Shown here one piece after another: positions 8,689 through 18,309 of a stretch of DNA of 39,471 bases (position 1 is the first letter of the stretch; each line of letters starts with the position of its first letter). A program made the position numbers and the translations under genes. The stretch lies in assembly GCA_037383305.1 (NCBI GenBank), contig JARRPA010000002.1, positions 1 through 39,471 on the forward strand, in the 5' to 3' direction. A model generated the notes under the pieces. It was not told where the DNA came from. It searched no databases and was given only the letters and a program-made list of their open reading frames with translations. Origin of the DNA: Gemmatimonadota bacterium (GTDB taxonomy: Bacteria; Gemmatimonadota; Gemmatimonadetes; Palauibacterales; Palauibacteraceae).

Positions 8689-10629
8689 AGAAGATTCTCG
8701 GGGTCCCGATCGATCTCCAGCCTCACGTTTCCGGGTACGGGCGCGTGCGTGGCCGTGAAGCGGAGAATGGCGCCCAGCCGGCCGGCGTGCGCCTGCTTGA
8801 TCAGCATATGCCAGCGCCAGCGGCCACGAAGCCGGTCGATCGGGCAGGGGGCCGGTCCCAGCAGACCGGTCCCGGCGACTTCGGGTCGGGCCGAGACCAG
8901 ACCTTCCAGCCACTCTCCCAGCGCCAGCGCCGCGCTCTCGACCTCCTTCTCATCACGTCCGCTGACCACCAGATTCGCGAGCCGCAGATGAGGCGGATAC
9001 CCGGGCTCGAAGTGTGACGGTCGGGAAGTCTGAACCAGCACCTCGCCGGGTCGGGTCCCGCGGCCGGCCCGGCCGGCGACCTGAGCGAGAAGCTGGAACG
9101 TCCGTTCGGAAGCTCTGAAGTCCGGGAGGTTGAGGCCGACGTCGGCATCGATGACACCTACGAGCGTGACGCCGGGCAGGTCCAGTCCCTTGGAGATCAT
9201 CTGGGTGCCGAGCAGAATGTCGATCTCCTCGCGACGGACCGAATCGAGGATGTCGCGATGTGACCATTTCCGGCCGGTCGTATCCACATCCATGCGGGCG
9301 ATGCGCGCCTCCGGAAACCACTCGCCGAGCCGCCGCTCCACCTGTTCGGTGCCCACGCCGGTGTAGACGAGTGTCTCCTCGCCGCAATCGGGACATCTCT
9401 CGCGGGAGGGTTCCTCGTGTGCACAGTGGTGACAGACGAGGCGACCCCGATTCCGGTGCCAGGTCAACGACACGTTGCAGCTTCGGCAGATCGCGATCCA
9501 ACCGCACGCGTCGCAGGAGACCCAGGTCGAATGCCCCCGCCGGTTGAGCAGCAGGATGGCCTGCTCCTTCCGGCGGAGCCGCGACTCGAGCGACGTCATG
9601 CTCCTCGTCCACGATGATCACTCCGAGGCGAACGACCGGAGCGAAGACGGCCGATCGGGTGCCGACGACGACCCGCTTTCGCCCCTCACGTAGGGCGGCC
9701 CAGGCGTCCCATCTCTCGCCGTCGGAAAGACCGGAGTGGAGCACTGCCACCTCGTCGCCGAACTCCGCCCGGACGCGCGCCACGGTCTGCGGTGTGAGGG
9801 AACTCTCGGGAACCAGCAGTATCGCGCCGCGACCGAGATCCACCACGTGTCGCATGAGTCGGATGTATACGACCGTCTTGCCCGACCCGGTCACACCGCG
9901 CAGCACGCCGACTCCGGGCTCCGGACGTCCGGTGAGCTCCTCGAGCTGCGCAAGGACGCGCTGTTGCCGCGGGTTGAGTTCGAAATCCGTCCCCTCGGCC
10001 TCCATGTCGGAGAACGGGTCGCGCTCCACCAGCTCGTTCGTGATCTCGACGAGTCCCCGCTCCGCGAGACCGGAGACGATACCCCGTCCGAATCCGAGCC
10101 GTCGCTCCATGTGGGCGACCTCCGCCTGTCCTCCGATCGACTCCAGGGTCTCGTACGCCTCCCGCTGACGGCGGGCCCTGCCGAACGCTTCCTCTCTCTC
10201 GGTGAGGGTCGGCAGCTCGCGGACGATGCGAACGACCTGCCTCCGCAACTCTCCACTGTCCCTGCGACCGCCTCCGAGCAGGCCGGGTGGAAGCGCCGCC
10301 CGGTGGACCAGGCCGGCGGGTGCGACGTAGTAGTCGGCGACCCATCGGCAGAGCTCCAGCATGTCGGGCGGCAAGACAGGCTCCGCATCGAGAACCCGGT
10401 CGATGTCACGGAGCTTCCTCCCGGAAATCGAGCCCGGGTCGACCAGCGCTTCGAGAACTCCCGTCTCTCTTCGCCGGCCGAACGGCACCACGACGCGAGT
10501 TCCCGGCCGGGCGGCCGATCGGAGCCGATCCGGGATCCGATAGTGGAAGCTCTGGAGAACGGGCTTCGGCAGGCTGACCCGGGCAACGCTTTCCTCGGCT
10601 TCTCCGATGCCGGCACTCGATCGGGTCAC
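8685..10629 (-). pseudogene. priA: Primosomal protein N-prime (replication restart helicase PriA), frame-disrupted and apparently internally deleted
   Basis: The N-terminal frame (GTG 10629 down to about 9595) carries Walker A GVTGSGKT and motif II VDEEHD. From 9599 the sequence continues in another frame as TSLESRLRRKEQAILLLNRRG. That frame holds the Cys-rich zinc region (CDACGW..CRSC..CHHC..CPDCG), GTQMISKG and AGRAGRG, and stops at 8685. The GSATP helicase motif III region is absent. Confidence 0.8.
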
Positions 10630-10672
10630 GGGTGTCTGCCCTCCGTCTCTCGCTTGCGCTCTTCCGACGTTC

Positions 10673-10702
10673 TTGACGATGGGATCGCGCCTCCTCTAAA
10701 CT
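10673..10702 (+). promoter_or_regulatory. Candidate sigma-70-type promoter for the HNH endonuclease / tatA genes
   Basis: TTGACG (10673-10678), an 18 nt spacer, then TAAACT (10697-10702), 36 nt upstream of ATG 10738, in the 108 bp priA/HNH divergent region. Pattern match only. Confidence 0.35.
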
Positions 10703-10737
10703 CCGGCGACACGCACATCGAACCCTTAAGAGAACCC

Positions 10738-11286
10738 ATGGGCTGTCTGGCACTCAACGCCTCGTACGAGCCGCTCACGATCCTTCCGGTGCGCCGGGCC
10801 CTGCGCCTCGTCATCGACCGCAAGGCCGAGGCGCTGGAGGTCGATCCGGAGCGGCCTTTCCGGTCGGAAGAGTCGAGCTGGCCGACACCCGTCGTCATCC
10901 GACTCGTACGATACATCCAGGTGCCCCGGCGATTCCGGAGACAGGTCACGAACACCTTCCTGTTCGCCCGGGATGGCTACAGCTGCCAGTACTGCGGCCG
11001 GCACAGGCGCGACCTCGGCTACCGCGAGTCGTTGACGCGGGACCACGTCGTGCCGATCTCCCGGGGCGGCGACAACGGATGGCTCAACGTCGTTACCGCG
11101 TGCAGCCGCTGCAATCTCCGCAAGGCGAATCGTCTTCCGTCGGAGTGCGGATTCCGGCTTCTCACCCAGCCCGGAGTACCGAGCGGAGTGGAGCTCATCT
11201 GGGCCGTCCGGCGCGTTACCCCGATTCAGGCCCGGTATATCCGGATGTTCTACGGAGAAGACGTCCTCAACGCGCTCTCGGTCTGA
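10738..11286 (+). CDS. HNH endonuclease (stand-alone, McrA-like small family)
   Basis: Only the last 182 aa of ORF 9736..11286 look real, because the upstream part is antisense to priA. The ATG at 10738 gives MGCLALNASYEPL. The HNH core is CQYCG...LTRDHVVPISRGG...NVVTACSRCNLRKANR. Confidence 0.85.
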   Translation: MGCLALNASYEPLTILPVRRALRLVIDRKAEALEVDPERPFRSEESSWPTPVVIRLVRYIQVPRRFRRQVTNTFLFARDGYSCQYCGRHRRDLGYRESLTRDHVVPISRGGDNGWLNVVTACSRCNLRKANRLPSECGFRLLTQPGVPSGVELIWAVRRVTPIQARYIRMFYGEDVLNALSV

Positions 11287-11298
11287 GGTCGGCGACAC

Positions 11299-11718
11299 AT
11301 GGGCTTCGGCAGTCTCGGGATCTCCGAACTCCTCGTCATCTTCGTCATCGTGCTGGTCTTCTTCGGGCCGAAGCGGATGCCCGAGGTCGCCCGATCTCTC
11401 GGCAGCGCGATGCGGGAATTCCGCCGCAGCCTGAACCAGATTCAGCGCGAACTCGAGGAAGCCGACCCGACGCGCGAGCTGCGCAAGGAGACGAAGGACA
11501 TCCTCAGCCGGATGCCGGAGGAGGTCCGCCCGCGGACGTTCCCCGGGTCCGCACATTCAAAGCCCTCGTCTCCCGGGGCTGAATCCCGTCCACCGACATC
11601 CGACCCGGCGCCCGGTTCGACACAGACGGGAGAACCGTCACCCGATCCGTCGCCCCCGGAGTCCGCCGAGCCCCGTTCCGATGTCAGCGAGCCGAAGCCG
11701 GGCAGCGAATCCGGCTGA
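11299..11718 (+). CDS. tatA: Twin-arginine translocase TatA/TatE-family protein with a long Pro/Ser/Glu-rich tail
   Basis: MGFGSLGISELLVIFVIVLVFFGPKRMPEVARSLGSAMREFR is the canonical TatA transmembrane segment plus amphipathic helix. The C-terminal 70 or so residues are low complexity. Confidence 0.85.
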   Translation: MGFGSLGISELLVIFVIVLVFFGPKRMPEVARSLGSAMREFRRSLNQIQRELEEADPTRELRKETKDILSRMPEEVRPRTFPGSAHSKPSSPGAESRPPTSDPAPGSTQTGEPSPDPSPPESAEPRSDVSEPKPGSESG

Positions 11719-12628
11719 GCTGTGGCGGTCGGCCTCCACGCCCCTCGCTGGCCAGCCATAGAACTTCCCCGTCCTCGCTCCACGTCACGCCCTCGCCTTG
11801 CGGCTCGAGCGCGGTCAGAAGGGAGACGGTCAGAGCCTCAGCCGACGTGTCCTGCTCCATCACGCCCTTCCAGTGGAGAAGATGCAGGCTGGTGTAGCTT
11901 CGAAGTGCGAGCCAGGATCGATCGGCCGACAGGTCCGCCGCGGTCACGAGCTGCGATGAGCTTCCGCCCACATGGACGCCCAGGCGGCCGACGCGCGCCA
12001 GGATGTGGACGACATCGGGTTCCGACTCGAGCTCGGAGATCTTCGCGCCGTACAGGACGACCTCGCCCTCCCTTCCTTTCGAGATGATACCCATCTCTCC
12101 GCGCACGTCGTCGATCACGAGTCCCTCTGCGTCCCGCGGACCGTCCGGAAAAACCAGCTCCCACGTGTCCCTTGGCTCGAGCGGCGCGAGTCGCACGATC
12201 GACGGGCCCTTGAGTGAATCGAGTGGTGGAATCTCCACCCGGGTCACGGTGACGCTGCCGTGCGAGGCGAGGTTGTCACCTATGTCGCCCAGGTACGCGC
12301 ACCAGGCATCACCGCAGCGGCCGATGGCGAGATCCTCCCAATCCCGGGCGGCCACAGACGAGACCGGAGCGATGCCGAGAAGCGTGCCGGCGCTGTCAAC
12401 CGCGAACAGAACCGGGTCGTTGCCGCTGTCGTTGTGGAGCCAGAACAGGTCGGGACGCCTCGGATCTCTCGCGATACCCGATGCTTCGACCATCGAAGAG
12501 TCCAGCGCCGAGACGATCGCCGCGCTCTCGCATGCGGTGCTCGCCTGAGCCCCCGGGTCCTCTCGTGCCGACCCGTTCGCACAGCCCGCGAGGAGAAGTG
12601 CGATCCCGAGGGCCCGGATTTCAGTCAT
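11684..12628 (-). CDS. Hypothetical lipoprotein (beta-propeller-like secreted protein)
   Basis: The ATG at 12628 overlaps the upstream gene's stop by 8 nt (ATGACTGA). The leader MTEIRALGIALLLAGC has the lipobox LAGC. Motifs EASGIA...WLHNDSG and DWEDLA...YLGDIGDN recur in uncharacterised secreted proteins. Confidence 0.65.
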   Translation of the reverse strand: MTEIRALGIALLLAGCANGSAREDPGAQASTACESAAIVSALDSSMVEASGIARDPRRPDLFWLHNDSGNDPVLFAVDSAGTLLGIAPVSSVAARDWEDLAIGRCGDAWCAYLGDIGDNLASHGSVTVTRVEIPPLDSLKGPSIVRLAPLEPRDTWELVFPDGPRDAEGLVIDDVRGEMGIISKGREGEVVLYGAKISELESEPDVVHILARVGRLGVHVGGSSSQLVTAADLSADRSWLALRSYTSLHLLHWKGVMEQDTSAEALTVSLLTALEPQGEGVTWSEDGEVLWLASEGRGGRPPQLSRIRCPASAR

Positions 12629-13967
12629 GCAGATCGCCCCCGGCGGGCGAGAAGGTGACGGTGGGAATCGACGCCCATGCCCCCCGTGACCTGGCGAAGA
12701 TCTCGATCTTCTGGCCTGAACGGCATCCGGAGCAGAGCGGGGCGAGGTCCGACCCGCGGAATGAGCGATCGCCGATCCGGAAGTCGCCGGGCGTGGCGGA
12801 CAGGTTCATTTGAAGGTCTCGTCCTGCCAATGCACTCGGGACCTTCCATTCTCCCGAGAGGGTCCACCCCGCGACGTCGGGAAGAGGACCCGCGGGACCG
12901 AGCCGGTCGGGCGTTTCTCCGGCTGGTACCGACCGGACCTCCCACCCCGAAAGGTAGACCTCCTCGATGTCTGTTCTCGTCGGAGCCTCGAACGCAGGCC
13001 CGCCCACCCGCTGCTCCACCTTCTCATCGGCCCACTCCAGCTCGATCTCTCCGCCAGAATCGGTCAAACGCGAAATCCGCTCCAGAGGGATCCAGAACCC
13101 TACCGGCGCCGGCGTGCCCGGGGTCAGCCAGCGGGCTTCTCCGCGCACGTCGATGCCGTCTCCACGGAGTCGGACGCGCGCGCGATCGATCGGAGCGCGG
13201 CTCCAGGCCGTGACCTCCAGAACCACCTCTCCGAGGAGCTGGTCCTCCTGCCAGGCGAGACGACCGGATGAGCGGAGCTGCGTCGCCGCGATGACCCAGG
13301 GCTCGGGACCCGTACGGATCTCTCCCGGGGGGCGGGACGCTTGGATCCGGAGCGGGCCTCCCCCCTGAGAGACCGAGAGTCGAGCGGTCAGACCGAACGG
13401 ACCACCCGGCCTGTCGTCCTCCGCGGCACGAAACAGAAGCGTGTTCCAGCCCCCACCGAGACGGATCGGAACGGAACGCTCCGCGACGGCCTCTATCGGC
13501 GCTGCCCCCGCGTCCCGGAGAGGGCGTCCGTTGACCCATACGCTGACTTCCGTGTCACCCAGCCCGCCCCAGGTCAGCATCAGCGTCCGATCTTCCGGAA
13601 GTCGCACGTACGAGTGGGCGTAGGCGACCGCGGGAGATTCCCGCCCCGACAGCAACGAGTCGAGTCGAAGCGCATCCTCGCCGTCCCTCCGAACCAGGGT
13701 CCATGACGCCCCGGCCTGCTCACGGCCGCGATCGGGGAACACGCCTTCTTCCCCCGGCCCGGTGAGCTTCGACCCGCCGGCCGCGTCCTCTGCGGTGAAC
13801 GGGGAGGATACGAGCCAGCGGTCGATCGGGGTCAGAATTCCGGATCCGGAAAGCGCTGTATGCTGCGCGAGCGAATCGGGCGGACGTACGGCTGCGAATG
13901 CGATCGCCGCCACCGCCACGAACGCCCCTCGTACGAGTCCATCTGCGATGCTGGAAATCGAATGCAT
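12621..13967 (-). CDS. Hypothetical secreted protein
   Basis: The internal ATG at 13967 gives the signal-like leader MHSISSIADGLVRGAFVAVAAIAFAAV...SLAQ. Upstream of that, ORF 12621..14084 is Arg-rich. I recognise no family. Confidence 0.6.
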   Translation of the reverse strand: MHSISSIADGLVRGAFVAVAAIAFAAVRPPDSLAQHTALSGSGILTPIDRWLVSSPFTAEDAAGGSKLTGPGEEGVFPDRGREQAGASWTLVRRDGEDALRLDSLLSGRESPAVAYAHSYVRLPEDRTLMLTWGGLGDTEVSVWVNGRPLRDAGAAPIEAVAERSVPIRLGGGWNTLLFRAAEDDRPGGPFGLTARLSVSQGGGPLRIQASRPPGEIRTGPEPWVIAATQLRSSGRLAWQEDQLLGEVVLEVTAWSRAPIDRARVRLRGDGIDVRGEARWLTPGTPAPVGFWIPLERISRLTDSGGEIELEWADEKVEQRVGGPAFEAPTRTDIEEVYLSGWEVRSVPAGETPDRLGPAGPLPDVAGWTLSGEWKVPSALAGRDLQMNLSATPGDFRIGDRSFRGSDLAPLCSGCRSGQKIEIFARSRGAWASIPTVTFSPAGGDLHD

Positions 13968-14100
13968 GAAACCTCGACGTGCTTGACCGTTGGAAGCGCA
14001 GGAGTCTAACCTCCCGGACGCAATACCGCACCGCGGTGCCCGGAGGTCCGCGAGGAGAGTTCGAGGTCGCCGCGGGGTCGTCACGCGCCGGAGGTACGCA

Positions 14101-14595
14101 ATGAAGAGGATCGCGCGCCTGAAAGTGAACGGAGAGAGCCAGGAGGTGGCGGTGCCCTCTCACTTCACGCTGCTCGAGGCCCTCCGCTACGGCCTCGGCC
14201 TGACCGGAACGAAGCAGGGCTGCGACAAGGGGGACTGCGGCGCCTGTACCGTGCTGGTCGACGGAGAAGCGATCCTCTCCTGCATTCTTCCGGTCTGGGA
14301 AGCCGAGGAGCGCAGCGTGCAGACGGTGGAAGGCCTCGGCGACCCGCGCGAATTGCACCCGCTTCAGGAGGCCTTCGATCTCACGGGCGCCGCCCAGTGC
14401 GGTTTCTGCACTCCGGGAATGCTGTGCAGCGGGGTCGGCCTCCTGAATGCGCGCGTCGATCCGACCCGTGAAGAGATCGAAGAGGCCCTGTCGGGGAATC
14501 TGTGCCGCTGCACCGGCTACACGAAGATCTTCGAGGCGGTCGAGCAGGCGGCTCGAACGTTGCGGGAGCGAGGGGTCGCCGATGCATCCCGATGA
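14101..14595 (+). CDS. Molybdenum hydroxylase small subunit, (2Fe-2S)-binding (CoxS/XdhC-gamma/HcrC type)
   Basis: ATG at 14101 (MKRIARLKVNG). Both 2Fe-2S motifs are present: GCDKGDCGACTV...C and QCGFCTPG...CRCTGY. Confidence 0.9.
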   Translation: MKRIARLKVNGESQEVAVPSHFTLLEALRYGLGLTGTKQGCDKGDCGACTVLVDGEAILSCILPVWEAEERSVQTVEGLGDPRELHPLQEAFDLTGAAQCGFCTPGMLCSGVGLLNARVDPTREEIEEALSGNLCRCTGYTKIFEAVEQAARTLRERGVADASR

Positions 14596-17029
14596 ACTGA
14601 ACGCCATTCAGGCCGCTCTCGCCGAAGCGGCCGAATCGATCGAGGGGCCGGGGCCGGAGGATTTCTCCGTTCTTGGCCGTCGAAATCGCCGATACGAGGG
14701 ACACGCCAAGTCCACCGGCCGCGAACTGTACACCGACGATCTTTCCCTTCCCGGCATGCTGCACGGGAAGATCCTTCGCAGTCCGCACCCCCACGCCAGA
14801 ATCCTGTCGATCGAAACCGGTGATGCCGAGGTCATGCCCGGCGTCCACGCCGTGCTCACCGGCGCCGACATGCCGATCGCTTTCGGGATCATTCCGTGGA
14901 CGCGTGACGAACATGCACTCGCCGTCGACAGGGTCCGCTACGTCGGCGACGCGGTGGCGGCGGTCGCGGCTCGCGACGAGGACACGGCCAACAGGGCCCT
15001 CGCGGCGATTCGCGTCGAGTACGAGACCCTGCCCGCGCTTCTCGAGCCGCGTGACTCGCTCGAAACATCCGCCGTTCAGATACACGAAGCGAAGAAGGAA
15101 GGCCGCAACGGCAACGTGACGAAGCACGTGATGCTCGAGTTCGGCCCGGTGGACGAGGAGATGGACTCGTCCGACGTGGTCGTCGAGGGGGAGTACTACT
15201 TCCACGGTACGACCCACGCGCCGATCGAACCTCACTGCGCGATCGCCCGGGCCGGGGCCGACGGCGTGCTGACGGTCTGGTCTTCCACCCAGGTGCCGCA
15301 CTACCTGCAGCGTGAACTGGCGCGGGTGCTCGAACTCGATGTGGCGCAGATCCGGGTAATTCAGCCGGCGGTGGGCGGAGCGTTCGGAGGCAAGTCCGAG
15401 CCCTTCGATCTCGAGTTCTGCGTCGCCGCGCTCTCGCTTCGCTCGGGACGGCCGGTGAAGATCCTCTACACGCGTGAAGAGCTGTTCTATTCCCACCGGG
15501 GCAGACACCCGATCGAAATGTGGTACCGGGTGGGCGCTTCCAGGGATGGGACGCTGCGTGCGGTGGATGCCCGTTCGCTCCTGGATGGCGGGGCGTACGC
15601 GTCGTTCGGTCTCGTGACGACGTATTACAGCGGCCAGCTCCTCACAGCGCCCTACCGACTCGGTTCGTACCGCTTCGAGTCCACGCGGGTATATACGAAC
15701 AAGCCGGCCTGTGGACCGAAGCGCGGCCACGGGTCGGTACAGCCCCGCTTCGCATTCGAGATCTCGCTGGACAAGCTGGCCAGCGAACTGGGTATCGATC
15801 CGATCGAGCTCCGGAGACGGAACTTCATGGGCACGGGGGAGACGCTGAACGAGTTCCGGGTCCGTTCGAACGGGTTTCTCGAGTGCCTCGACGCGGTCGA
15901 GGAGGCCAGCGGCTGGAAGGAGAAGTACGGTCGACTGCCTTACGGCCGCGGAGTGGGCGTGGCCGGATCCTGCTACATCAGCGGCACGAATTACCCGATC
16001 TATCCGAACTCGATGCCCCAGGCGGCCGCCCAGGTTCAGGTTGAGCGCTCGGGGAGAGTCACGGTGTTTCACGGGGCGTCCGAAATCGGCCAGGGCTCGG
16101 ATTCGACGATGGCCGCGATCGCCGCCGAAGAGCTGGGTGTCCCGCTCGGCTACGTGCGCGTGGTCTCGGCCGACACGGACCTGGTTCCGGTGGACCTCGG
16201 CGCGTATTCGTCGCGGGAGACGCTGATGGTGGGAAACGCGACGCGCTCGGCCTGCCGTGAGCTGGCCGGGAAGGTGCGATCGACGCTGGCGACGTCCTGG
16301 GGGGTGCCCGAGCGGTGCGTCCGCCTCGCCGGCGGATGGGCCCGCGAACTTCCCGATCCCCGGGGGGCCGGAGGATCTCCTGATGGCGTGGCTTCGCCTT
16401 CCGCCGACGGTTTTCGACGAGTTCCGATCTCAGAGGCGTTCCAACTGGCCGAGTCGGCGCATGGTACGCTCGGCGCCGTCGGACACTACGATACGCCGAA
16501 GGATGTCCACGGCGAGTATCGGGGCGGTACGATCGGCGCCTCGCCGGCCTATTCGTTCACGGCCCATGTGGCTGAGGTAGAGGTGGATGCGGATACAGGC
16601 TTCGTCGACGTCAAGACGATCTGGGTCGCCCACGATTGCGGGCTGGCCCTGAACCCGATGCTGGTCGAGGGACAGATGGAGGGTTCGGCCTACATGGGAT
16701 TCGGCGAAGCGCTGATGGAGCATCACGCGGTGAAACGGGGCGGCCCGGAGCTGGGTCTGCACGATGCGCCGTCGCTGCTCGACTACCGGATTCCCACCTC
16801 CCGGGACTGTCCGGAGTTTGTTTCACTGATCGTCGAATCGAACGACCCCGAAGGACCCTATGGAGCGAAGGAAGCGGGGGAGGGTCCACTCCATCCGTCC
16901 CTCCCCGCGATCGCCAACGCGATCCACGATGCGGTGGGGATCCGCATGGATCGGCTCCCGTTCACGCCCGACCGGGTCTGGCGGGCGCTCAGAGCCTCTC
17001 GTCCGTCGATCAGGAGTCCGCGTTCTTGA
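14582..17029 (+). CDS. Molybdopterin-binding large subunit of the xanthine dehydrogenase / aldehyde oxidase / CO dehydrogenase family
   Basis: ATG at 14582 overlaps the small subunit by 14 nt. An a/b-hammerhead region (GMLHGKILRSPHPHARI) is followed by the long Mo-cofactor domain (GGAFGGK, GQGSDST, KEAGEGP). Confidence 0.9.
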   Translation: MHPDELNAIQAALAEAAESIEGPGPEDFSVLGRRNRRYEGHAKSTGRELYTDDLSLPGMLHGKILRSPHPHARILSIETGDAEVMPGVHAVLTGADMPIAFGIIPWTRDEHALAVDRVRYVGDAVAAVAARDEDTANRALAAIRVEYETLPALLEPRDSLETSAVQIHEAKKEGRNGNVTKHVMLEFGPVDEEMDSSDVVVEGEYYFHGTTHAPIEPHCAIARAGADGVLTVWSSTQVPHYLQRELARVLELDVAQIRVIQPAVGGAFGGKSEPFDLEFCVAALSLRSGRPVKILYTREELFYSHRGRHPIEMWYRVGASRDGTLRAVDARSLLDGGAYASFGLVTTYYSGQLLTAPYRLGSYRFESTRVYTNKPACGPKRGHGSVQPRFAFEISLDKLASELGIDPIELRRRNFMGTGETLNEFRVRSNGFLECLDAVEEASGWKEKYGRLPYGRGVGVAGSCYISGTNYPIYPNSMPQAAAQVQVERSGRVTVFHGASEIGQGSDSTMAAIAAEELGVPLGYVRVVSADTDLVPVDLGAYSSRETLMVGNATRSACRELAGKVRSTLATSWGVPERCVRLAGGWARELPDPRGAGGSPDGVASPSADGFRRVPISEAFQLAESAHGTLGAVGHYDTPKDVHGEYRGGTIGASPAYSFTAHVAEVEVDADTGFVDVKTIWVAHDCGLALNPMLVEGQMEGSAYMGFGEALMEHHAVKRGGPELGLHDAPSLLDYRIPTSRDCPEFVSLIVESNDPEGPYGAKEAGEGPLHPSLPAIANAIHDAVGIRMDRLPFTPDRVWRALRASRPSIRSPRS

Positions 17030-17348
17030 GCATCACCAGGACCATCTTGAACGGGGACAGTGCACGGACGGCATGAGGTACGGAGGCCGGAAGGTGAAGG
17101 CCCTCGCCCTTTTCCAGTCGGTGTGCTTCGCCGCCGACAGTGATCTCGGCCTCGCCCGCGAGTCCCCAGATGATCGCTTCGTGTGGCGTGGTGTGTTCGG
17201 TGAGGCCTTCGCCCTCATCGAAGGCGAACACGGTGACGTTCCCGGAGGCGCGCCGGAGGACGGTCCGACTCACGACGGCTCCCCTCTGCACCTCGATGAT
17301 CGATGCGGGGTCCCGAGGTCTCTCCAGGCCGTTGTTCGGATCTCTCAC
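17010..17348 (-). CDS. Cupin-domain protein
   Basis: GTG at 17348 overlaps the rph stop (GTGA). The sequence [59 protein letters not shown] fits the two-motif cupin fold. The upstream part of ORF 17010..17669 is antisense to or out of frame with rph. Confidence 0.7.
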   Translation of the reverse strand: MRDPNNGLERPRDPASIIEVQRGAVVSRTVLRRASGNVTVFAFDEGEGLTEHTTPHEAIIWGLAGEAEITVGGEAHRLEKGEGLHLPASVPHAVRALSPFKMVLVMLKNADS

Positions 17349-18067
17349 GAGCTCCTCCCGACCGCAGCCTGCTGCGCGTGGATCAGCGATCGAATTCCCT
17401 CCGCGCCCAGCTGAAGGAGCTCGTTCAACTCCTCGGTCGAGAAGGGCTGCGCTTCCGCCGTACCCTGCACTTCCACGAACCGCCCGTCGTCGAGCGCCAC
17501 GAAATTGAAATCGGAGTCGGCGCTCGAGTCCTCGACGTAGTCCAGGTCCAGGCAGGGAACTCCGTCGACGATGCCCGCGCTGACCGCGGCTACGCGCGAT
17601 CTGAGCGCCGGACGGTCGGCCAGTCCCTCGGCCCGCATCCAGTCCGTGGCCTGCTCCAGGGCCAGGCACGCGCCGGTGATCGATGCCGTTCGGGTGCCTC
17701 CATCGGCCACCAGAACGTCGCAGTCCACGATCACGGTATGCGCTCCGAGCGCCTCCAGGTCCGTGGCCGCTCGCAGCGAACGCCCGATCAGTCGCTGGAT
17801 CTCCTGCGTTCGACCGCGCGGGCCTCGTCTCTCACGGTCGGAACGGGTGTCCGTGGCGCGCGGCAGCATCGCGTATTCGGCCGTCACCCATCCCCCGATC
17901 CCCTCGCGATGCGGTGGGACCCCCTCGAGGACCGAGGCCGTGCACAGGACCCGGGTCCGGCCGAACGCTACGAGACAGGAGCCTTCCGCGTTCGGAGCGG
18001 CATCGAGCTCGAAATTCACGGGCCGCATCTCGGCGGGCTCTCGCCCGTCGTGCCTTCGCTGTGTCAT
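17345..18067 (-). CDS. rph: Ribonuclease PH
   Basis: ATG at 18067 gives [17 protein letters not shown]. The sequence continues with [47 protein letters not shown] and [19 protein letters not shown], which are typical RNase PH motifs. Confidence 0.9.
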   Translation of the reverse strand: MTQRRHDGREPAEMRPVNFELDAAPNAEGSCLVAFGRTRVLCTASVLEGVPPHREGIGGWVTAEYAMLPRATDTRSDRERRGPRGRTQEIQRLIGRSLRAATDLEALGAHTVIVDCDVLVADGGTRTASITGACLALEQATDWMRAEGLADRPALRSRVAAVSAGIVDGVPCLDLDYVEDSSADSDFNFVALDDGRFVEVQGTAEAQPFSTEELNELLQLGAEGIRSLIHAQQAAVGRSS

Positions 18068-18309
18068 CTTGCTCCTCGTGACGGGTCGGATTCCCGCTCC
18101 GCGCCGGTCGTCGCAGGTCGAGCCCGGCCTCTTTGCCTGTCCGGCCGGAAACTGTGCGGGGAGAGCCTGTGTCGCGAGGGTTCGGACCGGATCGGGCGGA
18201 CCGACGAAACCGACGGACCTCCCGGTCGACTGCACGGTAATCGACCGGACACGGTGCAGGTACGCGGTGCGGCGTCCTGCCGTCGAACGGGATTCGGAGG
18301 ATTGGGGAG

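Noticed and set aside
9736-10737. N-terminal two thirds of the 516 aa ORF 9736..11286
   Set aside because: This part is antisense to priA and lacks protein-like composition. Only the HNH endonuclease portion from ATG 10738, which has its own promoter-like element, is credible.
14381-16072. 563 aa ORF on the minus strand
   Set aside because: It is antisense to the molybdopterin large-subunit gene. The sequence is Arg-rich and low in information, with no start context.
18222-18259. H-type pseudoknot formed by the two msrA-leader stems simultaneously
   Set aside because: The connecting segments are only 0 to 2 nt long. That is too short to span an 8-9 bp helix, so the stems are alternatives rather than a pseudoknot.
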